Of a stretch of 64,000 bases of DNA, positions 57,735 through 64,000 are shown in pieces. Origin of the DNA: Rhodanobacteraceae bacterium (GTDB taxonomy: Bacteria > Pseudomonadota > Gammaproteobacteria > Xanthomonadales > SZUA-5); assembly GCA_043754435.1 (NCBI GenBank), contig JAYUUS010000146.1, positions 14,400 to 78,399 of the forward strand, in the 5' to 3' direction. The notes beneath the pieces are model-generated. The model was not told the origin of the DNA. It saw only the letters and a list, made by a program, of their open reading frames with translations, and ran no database searches. The translations under genes were made by a program, and so were the position numbers. Within the stretch, counting starts at the first letter, position 1. Each line of letters starts with the position of its first letter.

Positions 57735-58160
57735 TCACTTCACCACGCGCAGATTCGCGCGGCCTTTGCGTTCTGGCTTGGCGGGTTCTTCTGCAACCAC
57801 CTCATCTTCCGGCGGCAAGTCCCCTTCCACTTCGTCCTCAGCGCCAAAAACAATGCCATGTTGGATGTCTTCACGCGAGTAAATGGCCAACACAGAAGCT
57901 AATGGGAAACTAACTTCCCGTTGTGCACCGCCAAAAGAGGCCTTGAGTGACACTAAATCATTGCCTAAATTGAGACCAAAAACAGCGCGTGGCGCAATAT
58001 TGAGCAGTATACGGTCGTCTTTAATCGCACTTGGCGGCACAAAGACACCCTTCGCAGTCGCATCAACCAACAAATGCGGCGTCAGATTGTTATCGACAAT
58101 CCATTCGTACATTGCACGCAGCAAATACGGCTTTTTGGATGTGGGGCCACGTTTGGTCAC
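57735..58160 (-). CDS. sspB: ClpXP adaptor SspB (stringent starvation protein B)
   Basis: Carries KPYLLRAMYEWIVDNNLTPHLLVDA, an acidic linker and the C-terminal ClpX-binding tail LRVVK. The start is GTG, 29 nt after the petC stop. Confidence 0.9.
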   Translation of the reverse strand: MTKRGPTSKKPYLLRAMYEWIVDNNLTPHLLVDATAKGVFVPPSAIKDDRILLNIAPRAVFGLNLGNDLVSLKASFGGAQREVSFPLASVLAIYSREDIQHGIVFGAEDEVEGDLPPEDEVVAEEPAKPERKGRANLRVVK

Positions 58161-58189
58161 TTAACTATGCTCTTCAATGGCTATGCGCT

Positions 58190-58996
58190 TCAATGGACGT
58201 CTTTCCAGAATTCGTTTTTAAGCAACCAAAGCAAGAATGTCAGGCCCGCTAAATACAGCAGCACCCAAACGCCCATGCTTTCACGCTGAATAATCCCGGG
58301 TTCGCCGACATATTCCAGGAAGCTAGTCAATGCTTGAATATCTTCATCATATTGCTGGGCGGTGCGCAATCCAGGAGTTTTAAGCGATAGCGCGGCCGGG
58401 CTGCAGGCAGCGTCGCCGTGCCCTTCGGCAGCAACACCCTCCGGCTTTGCTTCATGCACAATGTGCTCTTGTAAACCTTGCAGTTCCCAAAGCGGGTTTG
58501 GCATGGACGCATTTGGAAATGTTACGTTATTCCAGCCAATCGGCCGACTAGGGTCGGGGTAAAAGCCCTTGAGATAGTTATAAATCCAATCCACACCGCG
58601 CGAGCGTGCGGTCACGGATAAATCGGGTGGCGCGCCACCAAACCATTCCGTGGCACCCGGTGCCATGCCACGCCCACCTTTAGGCATGTTATTAGTAATG
58701 TAGTCACCAAATTTCGCTTCGGTATAAGCAAAATTCTGCATGACCTGCGCTTCAGTCAAATGCAGATCCTTGGCGATCCGGGAATAGCGCATGTATTGAA
58801 TCGAATGGCAGGCGGAGCAATAGTTAAAATACAGCTTTGCCCCACGTTGTAATGTTGCGGCGTCCGTTGGGCTGGTCTGCGCTTCCCCAAAAGGCAAGCA
58901 CGCTTCCCCAGAAGCAAATGCTGGGGTAGCGGCAATTCCTGTCGCAATCACGACGCCAAAGAGAATTTTTGACAAGGTTTGGGCGAACTTAGTCAT
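58190..58996 (-). CDS. petC: Cytochrome c1 (bc1 complex)
   Basis: It has a signal peptide, the heme motif CSACHSI and a C-terminal TM anchor. Confidence 0.9.
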   Translation of the reverse strand: MTKFAQTLSKILFGVVIATGIAATPAFASGEACLPFGEAQTSPTDAATLQRGAKLYFNYCSACHSIQYMRYSRIAKDLHLTEAQVMQNFAYTEAKFGDYITNNMPKGGRGMAPGATEWFGGAPPDLSVTARSRGVDWIYNYLKGFYPDPSRPIGWNNVTFPNASMPNPLWELQGLQEHIVHEAKPEGVAAEGHGDAACSPAALSLKTPGLRTAQQYDEDIQALTSFLEYVGEPGIIQRESMGVWVLLYLAGLTFLLWLLKNEFWKDVH

Positions 58997-60230
58997 GCAT
59001 AGTCACTCGGTCAGGAACGGGCTTAACTTTGTCATAGGCACTCACAAAGTACAGAGCAGGAAAAAATCCAAAGTAAATTGCTGTGCAGATTCGCGCTACC
59101 CATGTTTGCGTGTCGCTACCGGCTTGCGAACCTAACCAACCCAAAATCACAAACACAAGGGCAAAAGTAAACAGCAAAATTTTAGACCAGATGCCACGAT
59201 AGCGAATGGACTTCACCGGCGAACGATCAAGCCACGGCAACGTGAACAAAATCATCGTCGCCGAACCCATCACAATAACGCCGCCCAGCTTGTCTGGTAT
59301 CGCCCGCAACATCGCATAATAAGGCGTGAAATACCAAACTGGCTTAATATGTAGCGGCGTTACCAGTGCATTGGCTTGAATAAAGTTGTCGTGCTCTAAG
59401 AACAAACCGCCGAAGGTTGGATTAAAAAAGATTACGCTAGCGAAGATAATCAAAAAGAAACTCGCACCAAACATATCTTTCACCGTGTAATACGGGTGAA
59501 AAGGGATGCCATCAAGCGGCTTGCCCGCTGCGTCTTTATACTTTTTAATTTCCACACCATCCGGGTTATTTGAGCCGACTTCATGCAGCGCACCTAGATG
59601 AAGCACGACTAAACCTAAAATAGCCAGCGGCATGGCGATCACGTGCAGCGCAAAGAAGCGATTGATAGTCGCACCTGAGGGTAAATAATCCCCCTGAATC
59701 CATTGAACCAATGTCGGGCCAATTTTGGGAACAGCGCCAAATAAGCTAACAATCACCTGGGCACCCCAAAAACTCATTTGGCCCCAAGGCAAAACATATC
59801 CTAAAAATGCTTCAGCCATCAGTAAAAGCATAATCACTACACCTAAAACCCACAGTAATTCGCGTGGCTTTTTGTAAGAGCCATACATAAAAGCGCGAAA
59901 CATATGCAGATAAATCACGGCGAAGAAAAATGACGCACCCGTCGAGTGCATATAGCGAATAAGGTTCCCATAAGGAACGTCTCGCATAATATATTCCACC
60001 GATGCGAACGCACCCTCTTCAGTGGGCACATAATGCATTGTCAAAAAGATGCCAGTAACAATTTGATTGACCAGCATTAATAGTGCGAGTGAACCAAAGT
60101 AGTACCAAAGATTGAAATTTTTCGGTGCGTAATACTGTGCGACATGCTTATTCCAAAAGTCGACCACGGGCAGCCGTTGATCAACCCAGCCTAAAATTCC
60201 AGTTGCTTGAGAAGGAGTTGCGCGCGCCAT
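58989..60230 (-). CDS. petB: Cytochrome b (bc1 complex)
   Basis: 413 aa. Carries NLWYYFGSL and PEWYF-like VWYFTPYY, with conserved His-containing helices. Confidence 0.95.
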   Translation of the reverse strand: MARATPSQATGILGWVDQRLPVVDFWNKHVAQYYAPKNFNLWYYFGSLALLMLVNQIVTGIFLTMHYVPTEEGAFASVEYIMRDVPYGNLIRYMHSTGASFFFAVIYLHMFRAFMYGSYKKPRELLWVLGVVIMLLLMAEAFLGYVLPWGQMSFWGAQVIVSLFGAVPKIGPTLVQWIQGDYLPSGATINRFFALHVIAMPLAILGLVVLHLGALHEVGSNNPDGVEIKKYKDAAGKPLDGIPFHPYYTVKDMFGASFFLIIFASVIFFNPTFGGLFLEHDNFIQANALVTPLHIKPVWYFTPYYAMLRAIPDKLGGVIVMGSATMILFTLPWLDRSPVKSIRYRGIWSKILLFTFALVFVILGWLGSQAGSDTQTWVARICTAIYFGFFPALYFVSAYDKVKPVPDRVTMHD

Positions 60231-60824
60231 TTATGCTGCCTCTTGATCTTCGCCGATGATAATCGTGCCATCGTCAACAAAGCGATAAGGTGGAACTACT
60301 AAATTAGTTGGCGCAGGTGAGCCGTTATACACACGCCCTGCCATGTCAAACTTGGAATTGTGACAAGGGCAGTAAAAACCACCTTTCCACTGTGAATCCC
60401 AACTTTCTGGCTGTAGGTCTGGGTGATATTTCGGTGAACAGCCCAAGTGTGTGCAGCTGCCCACTAACACCAAAAGCTCAGGTTTGATTGAGCGATACGG
60501 GTTATTTGCGTATTTGGGCTGCTGATCCGTATTTTCATTTTTTGGATCTTTCAAACGCCCATCTTCACCGGCAAGTGCCGCTAAGGTTTCTTTGCTGCGG
60601 CGAATAATCCAAACCGGACGTTTGCGCCATACTTCGATCAATTGCGCGCCCTCAGCAATTTTGCTGACATCAGATAACGTCGGGGCACCCGCCGACAGCG
60701 CTTTTGCGCTGGGTTGAAATGTACTTAAAAACGGTATTGCCGCAACTGCAACACCGGAACCGCCGACGACCGCACAAGTGGCGGTTAAAAAGCGTCGCCG
60801 ACCTAAATCAGTCTGCTCTGCCAT
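60231..60824 (-). CDS. petA: Ubiquinol-cytochrome c reductase Rieske iron-sulfur subunit
   Basis: It has the Tat signal GRRRFLT and the Rieske motifs CTHLGCSP and CPCHNSKF. I place the start at the ATG at 60824. Confidence 0.95.
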   Translation of the reverse strand: MAEQTDLGRRRFLTATCAVVGGSGVAVAAIPFLSTFQPSAKALSAGAPTLSDVSKIAEGAQLIEVWRKRPVWIIRRSKETLAALAGEDGRLKDPKNENTDQQPKYANNPYRSIKPELLVLVGSCTHLGCSPKYHPDLQPESWDSQWKGGFYCPCHNSKFDMAGRVYNGSPAPTNLVVPPYRFVDDGTIIIGEDQEAA

Positions 60825-61036
60825 GGTAAACCTCAAGCTAATAAGAAGAAATTTGATATTTTGATGCCGCGAAACTACAGCAGCCGACACGACGCGCCAG
60901 CTTAACGCTGGATCGAGGCGTTACACATTCAGTTTACAGGAACGTCTAGGAGCCAGACAATCAAAACCTAGCTTCTTTCACACTATTGTTTTGCGGTGGC
61001 AAAACGATTCAGCAAAAACTACAACTGCGGACAGCC

Positions 61037-62158
61037 ATGCACGCTTCTAAAAATCCGGTTCTGATGCCCAACCGTTGGTTCAATTTGAACTTTTTGTTCA
61101 TGTGTACACTGGCTGGCCTTGCCCTTGCGTTTATTGTAACGCAGCTGCGTCCCCCTGCCAAAGTCGCTGCGGTAAACCGAGGCTTTGCGACCGCTGTTCA
61201 GCGCGCTAGCCCAGCCGTGGTAAGTATTTTTGCCGACAAAATTGTCACGGAACAAGCGCTGGGCACGGTACAGGACCCCACTTTGCGTCGGTTTTTAGGC
61301 GTATCGCCCGTAGGCCCAGCACGTCAACGCTTGGAACAAAACTTAGGTTCGGCCGTTTTGGTGCGTAGCGATGGCACGATGATTACCAACGATCATGTTA
61401 TCGCTGGCTATGACAATATCCGTGCGGTGCTTTGGGACGGCCGTATCACCCGAGCAAGTGTCGTAGGGCGCGATGCCGAAAGTGATTTAGCGGTGCTGAA
61501 AGTGGATTTAGATGGCTTACCAGCGGCACAATTTGCCACGCCAGGGGCTTTGCAGGTGGGTGATATCGTGCTGGCAATTGGCAATCCTTATGGCTATAGC
61601 CAAACGGTCACCAGCGGCATTATTAGCGCCTTGCAGCGGCCAGATCGCAATTTGAGCACCTTTATTCAAACCGATGCGGCCATTAATGTGGGTAATTCTG
61701 GCGGCGCTCTGGTCAATGTGGACGGCGAACTGGTGGGCATTAACACCGCCGCACTCGATCGCGTGGATGCCGGTATTGCCGTCCCCGGCATCAGCTTTGC
61801 GATCCCGGCTGATGTCGTACACAGTGTATTAGAAGCGATTTTGCAAGACGGCGAGGTCATTCGCGGCTGGATGGGGGCGCTTTACACCGAACGCGGGGGG
61901 ATTGGTGCTGGGGGCATCCCAGTGCGCGTGGTGCTGGTACAGGATTTGTACCAAAGCACACCCGGCCTTGCTGCGGGCATGCTGCCTGGGGATGTGATCG
62001 AACGCTTTAACGGCACGCTCATCAATAGCGCCAATCAACTCAATGCATTAGAAGCGGCCACCGCGCCCGGAAGCTCGGTGTTGGTGATTGGCCGACGTGC
62101 TGGCGTACCGATTGAGTTTAATTTGATTTTGACGAAGCGGCCCCGATTGCGGGGGTGA
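61037..62158 (+). CDS. DegS/AlgW-like periplasmic serine endoprotease (trypsin domain + single PDZ)
   Basis: It has an N-terminal anchor and the catalytic blocks TNDHV, DLAVLKV and GNSGGALVN. One PDZ-like C-terminal domain follows. I place the start at the ATG at 61037. Confidence 0.85.
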   Translation: MHASKNPVLMPNRWFNLNFLFMCTLAGLALAFIVTQLRPPAKVAAVNRGFATAVQRASPAVVSIFADKIVTEQALGTVQDPTLRRFLGVSPVGPARQRLEQNLGSAVLVRSDGTMITNDHVIAGYDNIRAVLWDGRITRASVVGRDAESDLAVLKVDLDGLPAAQFATPGALQVGDIVLAIGNPYGYSQTVTSGIISALQRPDRNLSTFIQTDAAINVGNSGGALVNVDGELVGINTAALDRVDAGIAVPGISFAIPADVVHSVLEAILQDGEVIRGWMGALYTERGGIGAGGIPVRVVLVQDLYQSTPGLAAGMLPGDVIERFNGTLINSANQLNALEAATAPGSSVLVIGRRAGVPIEFNLILTKRPRLRG

Positions 62159-62257
62159 AGCTAGCGCCGCGTGCGTCGAATCGCGCTTTGTATTTTTAGC
62201 ACAGCAAAAACGTAGCCCTATTGAGCTACAATTGCCCGATATGCTAGGAGGCTAATC

Positions 62258-62518
62258 ATGGCTGCAACAGCATTTGTCCGGGCTCGGATTGATGAAACGC
62301 TGAAAAACGAAGCGGCCGCCGTACTGGCTGGCATGGGCCTTACGGTGTCCGACGTGGTGCGTATCGCACTGACCAAAATTGCGAAGGAAAAGGCGCTTCC
62401 GTTCGAGATGCGCGTTCCAAACGCGCTGACGGCGGAAACACTGGCAAAGAGCGACCGGGGCGAGGACGTGCACCACGCGAAAGACGCAAAAGATCTGTTT
62501 GGGCAGCTTGGAATCTGA
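62258..62518 (+). CDS. RelB/DinJ-family antitoxin, no intact toxin downstream
   Basis: 86 aa. The segment VRARIDETLKNEAAAVLAGMGLTVSDVVRIALTKIAKEKALPFE is a typical RHH DinJ/RelB N-terminus. Confidence 0.8.
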   Translation: MAATAFVRARIDETLKNEAAAVLAGMGLTVSDVVRIALTKIAKEKALPFEMRVPNALTAETLAKSDRGEDVHHAKDAKDLFGQLGI

Positions 62519-62726
62519 TGCGCCAGCCAGGGCGATTTTGCTGGCGATGGAGCATCGAAATTCGACGGAGGTTTTTGCTTTAAAGGCGTTGCATCGGGAG
62601 TTGCTAGGTTGATTAACTACGGCTTCATGCTCATATATTTCTAAGTTTCGCTCAAATTTGCGTCGCCCAAATCGCAGGCTTACCACACTTCAAAAACTAG
62701 AAAGCTACGCAAGTGTTTGCAGTAAA

Positions 62727-62933
62727 ATGTTGAAACTTGGCTGGAAGCCTTATCACGCAAAGGATGCAGATACTTGTTTAGAAGGCGATGCGCGCTGCGA
62801 AGGCAGACCTGAAATGGAAGCTTGTGCAGGTACAGGTCTTGGAAATTGCCGATTCCTATGGAAAAAACGGGGAAAAACGATTGCAATTTGTACTGTAGGT
62901 GATGAAGGTAGCTATGATGGCATTTGCAATTAA
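62727..62933 (+). CDS. Hypothetical small Cys-rich protein
   Basis: 68 aa from the ATG at 62727 with 7 Cys. It sits in an AT-richer segment and I recognise no motif. It may not be a real gene. Confidence 0.3.
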   Translation: MLKLGWKPYHAKDADTCLEGDARCEGRPEMEACAGTGLGNCRFLWKKRGKTIAICTVGDEGSYDGICN

Positions 62934-63009
62934 TACCCGTAACAGCTCATTCAACTGGGATGCTTAACAGCGTTCCATAATTCAAATATTGGTCGCCACA
63001 GGAATCGTC

Positions 63010-63591
63010 ATGCCCCATCACTCCACCAGCGGAGCATTCGTCCTAGTATGTCTTTTGCTTGTCAGTTGCGAGAAAGATGTGCCCGCTTCACCAACCGCAA
63101 GCGATGCGCAACCACCCTCTGTGTCAGTGGCAGATCTCGAGAAGCTCAGTACCCAAATCGATTCGCTGCAGAAGAGAGTTATGGCTCTTGAATCAGGGGA
63201 AGCTACCGTGAGCTCGGAGAAAGAGGGTTATGACATTGCGCGAACCAAATTTGGCCCGTTTACCGTAGCTGTGGGTAATGCGACCCCATATCTTGACGGA
63301 TACAAGGTGACGCTTCGTGTCGGAAACTTGACCAACGCGAACTTCAACGGCGTGAAGTTGAATATTGCCTGGGGGATACCCCGGCTTTTTGAAACTTTGA
63401 ACGATCACAGTTTCAAAGAGTGGGCCAAATGGGACCGGTTGCTGAAGAAAAAAGAATTCGCTGTGACCACGACGCTCGAGTCAGGTGCGTATACCGATAT
63501 CGAAGTGAACCTGACGCCCGCGAAGCCCGAAGAGATCAAATCCTTTAAGGTCAGTTTTGAGCTAGACCAACTGGAACTAAGGGTACGGTGA
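63010..63591 (+). CDS. Hypothetical lipoprotein
   Basis: It has a signal peptide with the lipobox LLLVSC and a short coiled-coil-like segment (LEKLSTQIDSLQKRVMALE). I place the start at the ATG at 63010. Confidence 0.55.
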   Translation: MPHHSTSGAFVLVCLLLVSCEKDVPASPTASDAQPPSVSVADLEKLSTQIDSLQKRVMALESGEATVSSEKEGYDIARTKFGPFTVAVGNATPYLDGYKVTLRVGNLTNANFNGVKLNIAWGIPRLFETLNDHSFKEWAKWDRLLKKKEFAVTTTLESGAYTDIEVNLTPAKPEEIKSFKVSFELDQLELRVR

Positions 63592-63675
63592 TACCTACCC
63601 TTCGCTCAGGTGGCGCTGCGAAAACAGCTGAATTGTCCGCTCGACTCGAAATAGGTTTCAATTAAAGGACGCATC

Positions 63676-64000
63676 ATGGCATACGACGGAAGGTATGTAG
63701 CTTCCGAGGGAAAGTTCAAGAATCACGCGTTTGCTGCGCTTTCATCGCGCTTCAATGATCGCCAAGAATTTGAGAAGTTCTACGCGACGCTCAGTACTCC
63801 TGAGCAAAAGGACGGGTTCCTGCGCGTAAGTAGCTTCTACCTCTTTCTTGTAAAGGAGGGCGATTGGCGCATAAAGGTGCCGGGGTATGACGAAGTCATC
63901 GACTACATGACTAATTCCATTAAGCTGGTCGCGCTGTTTTCACTGATCGAATCACTCAACGATCTAAAGTATCAAGAGTTCTCCGACTGGCTGTCGTCAC
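63676..64000 (+). CDS. Hypothetical protein (partial, runs off right edge)
   Basis: The frame is open from the ATG at 63676 to the window end (108 codons by my translation: MAYDGRYVASEGKFKNHAFAALSSRFNDRQEFEKFY...). It is absent from the ORF track because it has no stop. I recognise no motif. Confidence 0.4.
   Translation, partial: MAYDGRYVASEGKFKNHAFAALSSRFNDRQEFEKFYATLSTPEQKDGFLRVSSFYLFLVKEGDWRIKVPGYDEVIDYMTNSIKLVALFSLIESLNDLKYQEFSDWLSS

Noticed and set aside
62519-62660. Possible RelE/YafQ-type toxin downstream of the RelB/DinJ antitoxin
   Set aside because: All three forward frames contain only short open stretches of about 21-40 codons with at best faint toxin-like patterns. No intact toxin can be supported. 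I mention it only as possible debris.
1-64000. Search for tRNA, rRNA, CRISPR arrays, IS elements and integrases
   Set aside because: Intergenic gaps are short and none folds into a cloverleaf by eye. I saw no regularly spaced repeat arrays and no transposase or integrase-like ORFs. A tRNAscan/Infernal run would be needed to exclude small RNAs formally.

Overview
This is a tightly packed chromosomal window from a Gram-negative bacterium, most likely a gammaproteobacterium judging by gene content and order (petABC-sspB, tatABC, anmK next to an M23 peptidase, kdkA, nagZ). I support about 70 coding regions. I saw no rRNA, tRNA, CRISPR array, transposase or integrase.

Most of the window is housekeeping: alr, gcvH, kbl, rlmD, nagZ, hpt, nadD, dsbD, cysS, moaACD, fumC, anmK, tatABC, rpoZ, sspB, petABC and a DegS-like protease. 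Accessory or unusual content sits between these genes:
- **1-6602:** a surface-glycan (O-antigen/LPS-type) cluster on the minus strand. It includes a NodU/CmcH-type carbamoyltransferase and a visibly AT-richer polymerase-like membrane gene.
- **12105-13634:** a secreted low-complexity protein. It has an aromatic/Arg/Asp-rich core, an Asn/Val/Ile/Tyr amyloid-like stretch and EQPAYEAPQEQ tandem repeats.
- **16722-23494:** a seven-gene lipid-modification cluster with short or overlapping junctions. The genes are OsmC, a Delta9-type desaturase, an FAD amine-oxidase-like protein, DUF1365, a Cfa-like methyltransferase, DUF2878 and DUF1295.
- **30669-33068:** a DsbD with a tandemly duplicated N-terminal alpha domain, next to an IPTL-CTERM-type secreted protein.
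- **40399-41704:** the best candidate for a noteworthy system. It is a three-gene MqsR toxin / MqsA antitoxin (with a C-terminal extension) / SecB-like chaperone module, a 'TAC'-type tripartite toxin-antitoxin-chaperone system. It is inserted between the LPS core genes kdkA and a GT9 heptosyltransferase-like gene.
- **Three further antitoxin genes** (HigA-like, YefM-like, RelB/DinJ-like) have no intact toxin. One has a recognisable 3' relic of its toxin. Another is flanked by 40-bp direct repeats that duplicate the 3' end of the GT9 gene.
- **Palindromic repeat elements** (30579-30656, 57588-57701, with a solo copy at 34032-34054) and a truncated CheB-type gene fragment are also present.

All functional calls come from reading the translated ORFs and recognising motifs. 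No database search was run.
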